Virus record (IMG/VR): IMGVR_UViG_3300044259_000056
Location: 10,261-74,260 of that record
Source of the DNA: a virus
Taxonomy: Duplodnaviria; Caudoviricetes
Strand: one strand, 5' to 3'
DNA: 64,000 bases
The position numbers were made by a program, and so were the translations under genes. Positions 55,436-63,928 of the stretch are shown piece after piece. The first letter of the stretch is position 1; the number at the start of each line of letters is the position of its first letter. Below the pieces are notes generated by a model. The model ran no database searches. It was not told the DNA's origin and was given only the letters and a program-made list of their open reading frames with translations.

Positions 55436-55738
55436 ATGTCTATATATAGAGAAGTCATGAAACAGGGAAAGACCAAGTATCTCGCTGAAGTTCAAATGGG
55501 ATCTACAGAGGCAGCAGTCAAGGTCAGTAACTTCATATCCTGTTGCCCGTTACGGCTAGAATGGATCGCTTCCAACTGGCCCGACCCTAACACAGTTATT
55601 ATTACTGAGTCATCTTCAGATTACAAAGGCGCGGTAATTACCGAGCAAGAAGTCACTCGAATCATAGAGTGGTGCTATCATTGTGACGGTCAAGAGCCTC
55701 CAGCAAATTACTCTATAGAGATTAAAACTGAAAAATGA
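55436..55738 (+). CDS. Hypothetical protein
   Basis: GAGGAG SD before ATG 55436. Confidence 0.6.
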   Translation: MSIYREVMKQGKTKYLAEVQMGSTEAAVKVSNFISCCPLRLEWIASNWPDPNTVIITESSSDYKGAVITEQEVTRIIEWCYHCDGQEPPANYSIEIKTEK

Positions 55739-56054
55739 GTTACTTTAATTCACAAAAAGTTGTTTATAAAGATGATACATTTATTTGCACAGAGTCTTAT
55801 GGAAGGCTCTATATGTTTTGGGCGAAAAGTATAGATTATACTACTAACCCACCAACAGCGCACCGCTGTGGAGAAATCATAAATGGTTAGTGTGGCCTTG
55901 AAAAGACTTATAAGGGAGATTTACAACGGTGGATTAAGAAAATCCGTAACAGAGACTATGACACAATGAAAAGTTATATTCGGCAAGCCAATGAGCTTTT
56001 ACAACAGGCTGAGTCTATTCGTAAAACATATGGATTTAATGAGGGGAAGAAATT

Positions 56055-56264
56055 ATGATTATTGAAGTTAAAGAACCAAAACCACTGACATTTGCTGAAC
56101 TCAAAGCGGGAGATGCTTTCAAATTAAATACTTATAATGATATCTTCATGAAAACTACTACAATGAATATGTATAACGCTGTTAGACTTGATGATGGTGA
56201 AATGTTCGTTATAGCAAGATTAGAACCTGTAACTCTCTTCAAATGCAAGGTGGTGGAAGAATGA
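56055..56264 (+). CDS. Small beta-barrel paralog family member 2
   Basis: FAELKAGDAF..FMK..NAVRLDDG. Confidence 0.6.
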   Translation: MIIEVKEPKPLTFAELKAGDAFKLNTYNDIFMKTTTMNMYNAVRLDDGEMFVIARLEPVTLFKCKVVEE

Positions 56265-56503
56265 AAGTTAAATTGAAAGAAAAGGTCGATCGCGAATTTT
56301 CTGATGTAGAACCGGGGAATGTATTCACTTTTGCCACTAGCGATAGGCGAGACTATTCATATATAAAAATTAGTGAGATAGACGCAGTAGGCTCGCTACG
56401 CCCAATTAATGCTATTTGTTTGGTTAATGGCTCTCACCTGTATCTTGAAAACAACGCTATAGTTACCATTATCTCTGGTGCGTTTGTAGAAGGTGAACAA
56501 TGA
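56261..56503 (+). CDS. Small beta-barrel paralog family member 3
   Basis: FSDVEPGNVF..YIK..NAICLVNG; ATGA overlap. Confidence 0.6.
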   Translation: MKVKLKEKVDREFSDVEPGNVFTFATSDRRDYSYIKISEIDAVGSLRPINAICLVNGSHLYLENNAIVTIISGAFVEGEQ

Positions 56504-56666
56504 AGATAGCAGAAACAGAATGGTGGAAGGGGTTCGAATTACAGGAAACTGAAGATGGTGTAGTGCTGTTTTGCCATGAGGAAAATATTGAGATTGGTTT
56601 TGACAAAGAACAAGCAAAACAGATAGTTAAATGTCTTCTACATTGGATAGAGATAGGAGAAGTATT

Positions 56667-56843
56667 ATGAAACATAAATACAGGGTAGTTAAGGATGATT
56701 ACCTTGGGTATGAAGCACAGGTAAAATATTGGTGGTTTCCTTTTAAATGGTATCAGTTAGAATACACCAATACAAGTGCTACTCTAGAAAAAGCCTTAGA
56801 AATCATAGAAAGACACAAGACTTACGTTGTTTACGAGGAATAA
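56667..56843 (+). CDS. Conserved small phage protein
   Basis: KYRVVKD.YLGYEAQVKYWWFP.KW. Confidence 0.55.
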   Translation: MKHKYRVVKDDYLGYEAQVKYWWFPFKWYQLEYTNTSATLEKALEIIERHKTYVVYEE

Positions 56844-56859
56844 ATAGAGGTAAACTAGT

Positions 56860-57042
56860 ATGACACCAAAGCAGAAGATTAAGCTAAATTCAATGATCCA
56901 AAAAGTGTCAGCAGCAGAGGTAAAAGCAAGCTTGGCTGAATCTAAACCAGAGTACAAAGTCTTAAGAGATATAGTAAGAAAAGAGCGAGAACGTCTGCTT
57001 GACTATATTGATAGAATCTTGATTGGAAGGAATGTGGGCTAA
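56860..57042 (+). CDS. Hypothetical protein
   Basis: GAGG SD. Confidence 0.55.
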   Translation: MTPKQKIKLNSMIQKVSAAEVKASLAESKPEYKVLRDIVRKERERLLDYIDRILIGRNVG

Positions 57043-57192
57043 ATTCGTTTTAAAACTTTAAATAACAACAAATTTAACATTGATAAAGAAGAGGATAAAT
57101 CTTTCTATAAATACAAAAAACATTATTTAGATGAGACATTTAATAAGAATTATATTAGATGTAATTATGTTGTTCTTAAAGACAACCTTAAG

Positions 57193-57480
57193 ATGCTTTC
57201 AAAAACCATTGAGACTCTAGTAGACATATACCCTTGGGTGGCAATAAAAATTATTGATTCAAATAATAAATTTATAGAAGAATTTGCTGTTGGTTACGAA
57301 GTAGTCCCAGACATTGTTGAAGATATTAATTCAACCCTTTACACAAAGAGTCCTGCTGTATATAATGGGTGTGAAGGACATTATGAGTGGGAAACTAATA
57401 ATGGTGCAAAGTTAACAATGTCCTATGGAAAGAAGAAGGGTCATGACAGAATACTTATAGAGGAAATAACATATGTATGA
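57193..57480 (+). CDS. Hypothetical protein
   Basis: Overlaps the start of the next gene. Confidence 0.5.
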   Translation: MLSKTIETLVDIYPWVAIKIIDSNNKFIEEFAVGYEVVPDIVEDINSTLYTKSPAVYNGCEGHYEWETNNGAKLTMSYGKKKGHDRILIEEITYV

Positions 57481-58171
57481 GTTTAGTCAAATAGATATGG
57501 GATTGATGTTAAAAGCAATAAACTTCTATACTGAAGTTGGTTATGAATTACTTGCTGTACCTATGGTTGTAGATAAAGAGTGTTCAGATAAGACTAAGCC
57601 TAGTGGTGTATATAATATCCATCATAATGATACAGGTGTATATGTTGCTAGTGCAGAACAGAGTTTTCTACAACTTCATAAAGAAGGTAAACTAAAAAAT
57701 AATCATAAATACATGGCTGTTACACCCTGTATTAGACCTGATGAACTGGACACAACACATTTGCATGTTTTTCTTAAGTTAGAGTTAATTCATACTGGAA
57801 AATATGATGAATATCTCTCTATTATTAAAGATGCTTTTAATTTTTTCTCTACGGAGACAAATAATCTTCAGGTAATAGATACTGAGATAGGAACGGATAT
57901 TTATCTTAATAATATAGAAATAGGTTCTTATGGAACAAGAGAATTTTTAGATGGAACTCCTTATGAATATGGGACTGGATTAGCTTTACCAAGATTTTCT
58001 TATGCAAAATCTCTACCTAGGGATAATGTTGTCATTCAGGTTAGAGGGAATGGTGAAGTTGTTAAATCTGTAAATGGCTCTACGCTTAAAGAGATTGTAG
58101 GTCGTTCTTTAAGAGCGTCTTTTGCATTGGCTGAGATTAATGTCAGTGACGTTTCTTGGGGGGAAAATTAA
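57473..58171 (+). CDS. Stand-alone class II aminoacyl-tRNA-synthetase-like catalytic domain
   Basis: Motif 1-like FYTEVGYELLAVPMVV; ASAEQSFL; motif 2-like PCIRPDE..HLHVFLKLEL; EIGSYG; motif 3-like YGTGLALPRF; no anticodon-binding domain. Confidence 0.72.
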   Translation: MYEFSQIDMGLMLKAINFYTEVGYELLAVPMVVDKECSDKTKPSGVYNIHHNDTGVYVASAEQSFLQLHKEGKLKNNHKYMAVTPCIRPDELDTTHLHVFLKLELIHTGKYDEYLSIIKDAFNFFSTETNNLQVIDTEIGTDIYLNNIEIGSYGTREFLDGTPYEYGTGLALPRFSYAKSLPRDNVVIQVRGNGEVVKSVNGSTLKEIVGRSLRASFALAEINVSDVSWGEN

Positions 58172-58203
58172 ATCTTCTTGTAATTGTTTATCAGGGTCTA
58201 ATA

Positions 58204-58485
58204 ATGAATAAGAAAGCTAAGAACCGTATCTTTGATGCTGTAATGGCAGCTTCAGGTGAACATATTCGCAATAATCCACGATACCGTAATATGGTAAAGA
58301 AACTTATCTTGATGCGTTCTCGTGGGCAAGGTCGTCGTAAGTATAAGGGGGATTTGTGGACTGAAGCTGAGATCATAGAAACAATGACTTGGAGATATAA
58401 AGAAAATTATCCCAAATGGAATGCTGAAGAATCTGCACGGTTAGAAAGTAGTGTTGGGTTGATGTGTGGGAATAAGAATACATAA
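58204..58485 (+). CDS. Basic hypothetical protein
   Basis: Arg/Lys-rich ORF. Confidence 0.5.
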   Translation: MNKKAKNRIFDAVMAASGEHIRNNPRYRNMVKKLILMRSRGQGRRKYKGDLWTEAEIIETMTWRYKENYPKWNAEESARLESSVGLMCGNKNT

Positions 58486-58754
58486 AGCAATAGTAATTTT
58501 TGAATATCCTTGAGAGGAGGATGGTAAATCTTCATGAGAAGGTGTAGTGGTACTATAAGTTAATTCAGAGGCAGGACTTAATTCCCCCATTGAAAAGAAT
58601 AACTAGAAGAAATTTTACAGGTAGAGAAAATGGCGTTATTATGTGGTAAATGATTATGGAGAACTTACGAAGAGGATGTTATGATAGCATTAAATAGTGC
58701 TGGTGTTAACTTTACTGTAGAAGGTTTATAAAATCAACAAAACAAAGAGACTCT

Positions 58755-58982
58755 ATGGCATTTTATAATTTTACTTTGAAATTCTCAGGTATAACGCATC
58801 AGGTTGAAGGGCTGGAAGATGTGCTGTACGAAAGCAGCTGTGATGATGCATTGATCTACACATATGGAAACTCTATCTACGTTGAATTTGACCGCGAAGC
58901 TGATTCCCTAGATGATGCTATCACATCAGCGATTGAAAATATCGAATCAGCCATTCTAGGTGTTATTCTTGAGTTTAAATAA
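58755..58982 (+). CDS. Host-like HicB/antitoxin-type N-terminal domain lacking the HTH
   Basis: YNFTL..SG....EGLED.LYE..CDDALI..YGNS.YVEFDREA.SLD.AI.SA.ENIESA, recalled from enterobacterial ~150-aa DNA-binding proteins; host-like codons. Confidence 0.55.
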   Translation: MAFYNFTLKFSGITHQVEGLEDVLYESSCDDALIYTYGNSIYVEFDREADSLDDAITSAIENIESAILGVILEFK

Positions 58983-59053
58983 ATAGTAAAGGTGTAAATA
59001 TTATGAAAACGAAAGAGACTTCAATTCGTCTCCAAACTACAGCTTATCCATAG

Positions 59054-59082
59054 TTGACAACAAATTAGTAATAGACTATGAT
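59054..59082 (+). promoter_or_regulatory. Sigma70-like promoter
   Basis: TTGACA-17 nt-TATGAT. Confidence 0.8.
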
Positions 59083-59182
59083 GCATACAGTTGTGATTCA
59101 TCATTTTATGATGAGATTGAAATAAAATTTTGCCCTATGTGCGGGAAGGAATTAAACGAAGTTATCTAAGAGGAGATAAATT

Positions 59183-59416
59183 ATGGCAGTAACAGTTAAA
59201 AAGATAGATACAGATTTACCAAAACTTGTTGTTTTTGAGAAAATTAAAATGTATGATTTCTTTATTGCATATGATACTAAAGGTGAAGAAATGCTTTATC
59301 AAAAAGTGGATTTTAATAAAGCTGTTGATTTAAGGGATGGAAGTTTTACATACTTCACCACCGGGGATACCTTTTATTTAGCTGATGTTTTTATTCAGTA
59401 TCATCCTCAAAGTTAA
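59183..59416 (+). CDS. Small beta-barrel paralog family member 4
   Basis: FEKIKMYDFF..LYQK..KAVDLRDG; GAGGAG SD. Confidence 0.55.
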   Translation: MAVTVKKIDTDLPKLVVFEKIKMYDFFIAYDTKGEEMLYQKVDFNKAVDLRDGSFTYFTTGDTFYLADVFIQYHPQS

Positions 59417-59435
59417 ATATAATTTAGGAAGACAA

Positions 59436-59654
59436 ATGAAAAGTCTAGATGAACTTTTTAAATTAACACAAGAATTGGCAAATGAAGTTGATTTTCTTGA
59501 ACATGATATTCCTGTAGGTATTACTGTCACAGTCTCTGGCAATTTTTACTTAAACTTCACATTAAATTCAACACCTGTGAGATTTAAAGATTTAGAGAGT
59601 CTTACAGAGTTTTGGTTTAAATCATTAACACCTTACATTATCCATGGTGGTTGA
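59436..59654 (+). CDS. Hypothetical protein
   Basis: AGGA SD before ATG 59436. Confidence 0.5.
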   Translation: MKSLDELFKLTQELANEVDFLEHDIPVGITVTVSGNFYLNFTLNSTPVRFKDLESLTEFWFKSLTPYIIHGG

Positions 59655-59681
59655 TACAAATTTCTATTGGAGAGGTGATTT

Positions 59682-59903
59682 ATGTTTATCAGTGTTTTAA
59701 AATTTAAACAAGAGAGTTATGATTGCTATGGTGACTCTACAACAACTGAGACAGTTACATTAGAAGCTAACACAAAAAAGCAGTTAGACCTTAAAATAAA
59801 ACAAACCTTAGATAAATATGTTTATAAACAATATGGGGATTTTAATTTACTAATGAGTGAAAGTAAATTACTCGATATTAAAACTTACAAGTCAAAAGAT
59901 TAG
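59682..59903 (+). CDS. Hypothetical protein
   Basis: GGAGAGGTG SD. Confidence 0.6.
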   Translation: MFISVLKFKQESYDCYGDSTTTETVTLEANTKKQLDLKIKQTLDKYVYKQYGDFNLLMSESKLLDIKTYKSKD

Positions 59904-60011
59904 CAAGCTATATAATAGCATCATGAGTATAGACCTATATCAACATTGTTTTAAAGAATTGCTCGGTAATTTTTGTTCAGTAATACAAGATGAAGGGGAC
60001 TGAGAGATAAA

Positions 60012-60212
60012 ATGTTAACAGATTATCAGAGGAGTCTTTATAGTGGAGATTGGGTAGAGAAGCAGGATAAAGCAAATAAAACTGTTATTTGCATAAAATG
60101 TTTAACTCCCTATAATTTATTAGATGTACCAAGGAATGTACCTAAAGCAAGTGGTTACTACATAAAGGAACCACACTGCCCAAAGTGTAAATGCAGAGTT
60201 TATTACAATTAA
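60012..60212 (+). CDS. Small zinc-ribbon protein
   Basis: CIKC ... CPKC. Confidence 0.6.
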   Translation: MLTDYQRSLYSGDWVEKQDKANKTVICIKCLTPYNLLDVPRNVPKASGYYIKEPHCPKCKCRVYYN

Positions 60213-60224
60213 GCGCGAGGAATA

Positions 60225-60704
60225 ATGAAAGAAGATAAATATGCCGTAAAAGCAGATCTTAGTGGTGGACTAAAGCCTATGTTTGTAGATTTTTCAGATG
60301 AATTTTCTAACCTATTAAAAGAAAAACTAGAATTATCATTTAAGTTAACACCACTAAATTTTGTTAGTGAATATGGTAAAAAGTGTTATTACACTGTTGA
60401 TGAAACACTACGTGGAGAAGACCTAACCGAGAAAGTGAACACTTTACTCCTAACTAAAGATCTAAGTATTTTTAAAAAAGAAATAAATAGACTCCTTAGA
60501 ATTTTTAATGACACTTACCAATACAATATTAATACAAGTTCTCTTATAATCAAGCATATGAACTGTTACTTGCCAGACCATGAGATAGAGACTACTCCAA
60601 AACTAGGATATCTATTTCTTGTTGTAAAAGAGGATGGTAGGGTTGTCCTTGAAAGTGAAATGGCTTATGATTTTCAAAGATATGAAGATGACTATGAGGA
60701 TTAA
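60225..60704 (+). CDS. Hypothetical protein
   Basis: GAGGA SD. Confidence 0.6.
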   Translation: MKEDKYAVKADLSGGLKPMFVDFSDEFSNLLKEKLELSFKLTPLNFVSEYGKKCYYTVDETLRGEDLTEKVNTLLLTKDLSIFKKEINRLLRIFNDTYQYNINTSSLIIKHMNCYLPDHEIETTPKLGYLFLVVKEDGRVVLESEMAYDFQRYEDDYED

Positions 60705-60707
60705 TAT

Positions 60708-61025
60708 ATGAAAATGTCAATGTTCTTTAAAAGAGTGTTTTCTAAGAAACAACTGAACAAGGAAGGTACAGACTCCTTTGTTGTAGATAAAGATATCAAT
60801 AAGTTAGAGGAGTTTAAAGAGGCTCAGAAAACTGTAGAAGATTTTAAAGGTACTTGTGATCACTCTGATGCAACTGCTTCTTGGATAGATACTTGCTCTT
60901 TCTTTTATGTTAGGTGTAATATATGTGGTTCTTATGGCTATATCAAAAATTCTTATTATTTGAAAGGTACATTTAAGAAGGTTGATTGGCAACATAAAGA
61001 GAACAATACTAATGAAAGAGGTTGA
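60708..61025 (+). CDS. Hypothetical protein with Cys/His motif
   Basis: CDH ... CNIC. Confidence 0.55.
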   Translation: MKMSMFFKRVFSKKQLNKEGTDSFVVDKDINKLEEFKEAQKTVEDFKGTCDHSDATASWIDTCSFFYVRCNICGSYGYIKNSYYLKGTFKKVDWQHKENNTNERG

Positions 61026-61419
61026 CTATCTTCTTGAGAGATATTGGGATGGGTTACTTCCTGTAAGGTCTGATATAATTGCACACAAACTTGGACTCAA
61101 TATTCAAGAAGTGGGAGAAGATGAATGTCTTCTCCCAATAGGTAGAGTAGTTTATTATAAACAAGGAGACAACCATTCCAAGATAAGGTTTGCACTTGCA
61201 ATGGGTATAGCTTATCATATTCTTGGTTTACAAATAAAACAAGAGGCGGCTAATGAATTTGCAGCAAATCTGCTTATACCTGAGTTTGCTCTTAGGGTAA
61301 TGATTACTAGAGGAAGAAAGACAAAGATTAAAGATCTTGCATTAACTTTTGATGTAACAGAATCAGTCATGTATTGGCGACTTTACACACTAGGGTATTT
61401 TGACAAAACCATTATATGA
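61012..61419 (+). CDS. ImmA/IrrE (peptidase M78)-like protein with a degenerate active site
   Basis: LPV..D.IA.KLG; RFALAMGIAYHIL where RFTLAHELGH is expected; EAANEFAANLLIP; LA..FDVTESVMYWRL. Confidence 0.7.
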   Translation: MKEVDYLLERYWDGLLPVRSDIIAHKLGLNIQEVGEDECLLPIGRVVYYKQGDNHSKIRFALAMGIAYHILGLQIKQEAANEFAANLLIPEFALRVMITRGRKTKIKDLALTFDVTESVMYWRLYTLGYFDKTII

Positions 61420-61469
61420 TATTTTAATGAAAACTTGTATTTTATTGGAGACAAAAACTGCTAAATCTC

Positions 61470-61502
61470 AAGCCTGTCTGATTCTAAGACAGGCTTTATT
61501 TT
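61470..61502 (+). terminator. Rho-independent terminator ending the early (+) block
   Basis: AAGCCTGTCT-GATTCTA-AGACAGGCTT followed by TATTTT. Confidence 0.85.
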
Positions 61503-61509
61503 AGAAATC

Positions 61510-61611
61510 AACTATACCACACCTAAAACCTGCCAGATAACGTTTTCCACCATATACCTAAGCTACCCTATATCTTAGTATTAAAACCTCTCAAAATGTC
61601 ATTTATGTGTT
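61510..61611 (-). repeat. Dispersed intergenic repeat, copy B
   Basis: Core TAGGGTAGCTTAGGT on the minus strand; matches copies A and C. Confidence 0.75.
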
Positions 61612-61660
61612 ATTATTGTCTACCAGTTAATAATAGAATAAATCTAAAGTAAGCATGGTG

Positions 61661-61828
61661 AAATTTTGGAACCAGATAGGGAAATCATTACAAAAACCAA
61701 AATTTTCTTGAAAGGAAACCAGAGTCAAAAATGAATTGGATATTCAAAATATCTCCACATAAAGATAAGGTATTTTCTAAAAATTTTGGGAACTAGAGCG
61801 GTTTTTCATTTGAAAATCCAAAATTTTC
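61661..61828. repeat. Two direct copies (period 120 bp) of an inverted-repeat module AAATTTTGG...CCAAAATTTTC
   Basis: AAATTTTGG at 61661 and 61781; CCAAAATTTTC at 61697 and 61818. Confidence 0.8.
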
Positions 61829-62091
61829 CTAGAGAAATTTCCTAATTTATTTCAACCTAAGTTTACCTGAGAACAAAAGTTTTTGAAAAATATTTTTCAT
61901 TAGATGTTAATGAGAATTATTATCATTTGTAGAATAACGGGCAGGGGTGGTGACTTGATTTTCCTCATTGGCATTAGCCTTTGTAGTCTAGAGTTTAGAG
62001 TCGTCCTCGACTTTGTTAGAGTCTAAATAGAAAAGACTACTAAGTCAACAAGTTTAATTACTAATTCCTGTCTTATTATTTATCTTATCTA

Positions 62092-62120
62092 TTGTGTAAA
62101 CTTATATTCTCTGGTAGCAT
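62092..62120 (+). promoter_or_regulatory. Sigma70-like promoter for denV
   Basis: TTGTGT-17 nt-TAGCAT. Confidence 0.5.
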
Positions 62121-62148
62121 ACTGTGATTACTTACCAGAGGTATCACT

Positions 62149-62595
62149 ATGACACGTATTAATCTGATTGACCCAAAATTATTAACTAATGAATGGCTGA
62201 TTGCAGAGCACAGGGAAATCACACGCATCCCTAACAATGTTTTATCAGGAAAGAAAATTACTAATATCCCTAATGAATACACATTAGGACAAGGTCATGA
62301 AATGTTTTTCCGCAACAAGTTGGGTTTTATCAAAACTCGTTATGAACTTCTCTATAAAGAGTGTGTGCGGCGTGGTATTAATGTTGAATACAAAAATATT
62401 TCTTGGAATAAAATTCCATCTTTCCTGATGAATGATTATATACCAACAAAACAGGCGATCGATATCAATATTGAACGTCTCTGTGAACGTTTTGACCTTC
62501 GCAAACGTGCCTATCATTTTCACCGCGCTAAAATAAACTGTGATTATTCATTTAACAGGTACCTGAAGATATTAGAGAAACGATTATACTTCTAA
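62149..62595 (+). CDS. denV: Pyrimidine-dimer DNA glycosylase (T4 endonuclease V-like)
   Basis: MTRINL..L.AEHREITRIPN..YTLGQGHEMFF.NKL..RY..L..EC..RG. Confidence 0.92.
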   Translation: MTRINLIDPKLLTNEWLIAEHREITRIPNNVLSGKKITNIPNEYTLGQGHEMFFRNKLGFIKTRYELLYKECVRRGINVEYKNISWNKIPSFLMNDYIPTKQAIDINIERLCERFDLRKRAYHFHRAKINCDYSFNRYLKILEKRLYF

Positions 62596-62608
62596 TATCT
62601 TAGAGATA

Positions 62609-62637
62609 AATAAAGCCCACTCAATGCGGGCTTTATT
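62609..62637. terminator. Bidirectional terminator
   Basis: AATAAAGCCC-ACTCAATGC-GGGCTTTATT. Confidence 0.82.
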
Positions 62638-62667
62638 ATTTGTGAAGTTGTGAATAAAATAATGTTT

Positions 62668-62850
62668 TCAGTTACATCCTATTGACAAGCCGTGATCTAA
62701 TGACGGCCAACCGTGACGGGTAAGAATTCCTACCAACTCAATATATTCACCTTGCTCGTTCTGCCAACGAATAGAATACCAACGATCAGCGGGCTTCCTA
62801 CCCCTCAATGACAGAAAACATTCCGGCATCATGCAGACGTTGACCTGCAT
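62668..62850 (-). CDS. Hypothetical protein (GC-richer)
   Basis: Short ORF ending at the bidirectional terminator. Confidence 0.4.
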   Translation of the reverse strand: MQVNVCMMPECFLSLRGRKPADRWYSIRWQNEQGEYIELVGILTRHGWPSLDHGLSIGCN

Positions 62851-63010
62851 ATTTGTGTAGTCTTGCTGCTAAACCTTTAGTAATACTTTCATCCATGATG
62901 TGTAAATCTTGGTGTAGAGACTGCCATACCAAAGCGTTGTCAACCTTTCCTGTACACCTCAGTCTTCATAAGAATCCATTCTTGTTAAATTCTGTATATC
63001 AATTTTAAGG

Positions 63011-63087
63011 CACATAAACAGCATTCTGAGGTTTTTATCTTTGAGGTAATAGGGTAACTCAAATATCTGAATTAAATTGAATCTGGC
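63011..63087 (+). repeat. Dispersed intergenic repeat, copy C (more diverged)
   Basis: CACATAAA-31 nt-TAGGGTA-24 nt-ATCTGGC, compared with 31 and 25 nt spacers in copy B. Confidence 0.65.
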
Positions 63088-63115
63088 GTGTTCTACGAAT
63101 GCTATTTTCTTGATG

Positions 63116-63147
63116 GCAAAGAAAAGCCAGCTAATCATAGCTGGCTT
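63116..63147 (-). terminator. Rho-independent terminator for the rightmost minus-strand genes
   Basis: AAGCCAGCTA-ATCA-TAGCTGGCTT with a U-tract on the minus strand. Confidence 0.8.
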
Positions 63148-63174
63148 ATATTTATTAGGTGGTGTTCTAAGGTA

Positions 63175-63432
63175 TTAATCTTCTTCTGGATAGTATTTAA
63201 GTGTTTCTTTCCAATCAAGCCCTTTTAGATCAACTTTGGCTAAAAGGCTGGGAGGACTCTTTTCTTTGTAATGTTTGGGTTGCCAAGTGGCAATACCAAT
63301 GTAAGGCTCTTCATAAAAAGCCCACACTTCACCATCTTGATCAGTAGCAAGGTAAGAGAAACCATCTGGCAAAAGGAGTTTTATTCCAAAATAATCAACT
63401 TCTCCAGTATAGAACTTTTCAATTAATTTCAT
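63175..63432 (-). CDS. Conserved phage hypothetical protein
   Basis: DYFGIKL..P....LATDQDGEVWAFY..P motif; start at ATG 63432. Confidence 0.65.
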   Translation of the reverse strand: MKLIEKFYTGEVDYFGIKLLLPDGFSYLATDQDGEVWAFYEEPYIGIATWQPKHYKEKSPPSLLAKVDLKGLDWKETLKYYPEED

Positions 63433-63463
63433 AATTATTCCTCTCTTCAAGTCTATATGTGCT

Positions 63464-63682
63464 TTAACCTTTGAAAATCTCTTCCCAATCGGCACCGGGT
63501 TTGCGGCGACTTAGAGCTCTTCCATAATCTGTTTGAATAGTCAAGACAGATGTTAAGTCCTTCTTATAACGCTGTGCAACCATTTTAGTTGCAAGGAGAG
63601 TCCCTACAGATTCAAACTCATTTACAACTTTATATTGTCCTGTAAGAGTATCTTTAACAGACTCTTTAATAATATATAACAT
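63464..63682 (-). CDS. Hypothetical protein
   Basis: AAGGTG SD before ATG 63682. Confidence 0.55.
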   Translation of the reverse strand: MLYIIKESVKDTLTGQYKVVNEFESVGTLLATKMVAQRYKKDLTSVLTIQTDYGRALSRRKPGADWEEIFKG

Positions 63683-63900
63683 AGTAATCACCTTATTAGA
63701 TACTACAACCCTTCACCAGAATCACAATACAAAGAACAAAAAGTGAAAAGAAGATACACTTACAGATAAGATTAATTACATCCTTCTTACTCCACCAAAC
63801 AAAAAGAAATCCATAAACAACCATACTTAGCCAAAGAAGAATATTAATCATAGTCATTTTACAGCCTCACTCGTTCATTGCATCATTTACAATACAACCT

Positions 63901-63928
63901 ATGATACTACACAGGTGTTTAATGTCAA
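63901..63928 (-). promoter_or_regulatory. Early sigma70-like promoter
   Basis: TTGACA-16 nt-TATCAT on the minus strand. Confidence 0.65.
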
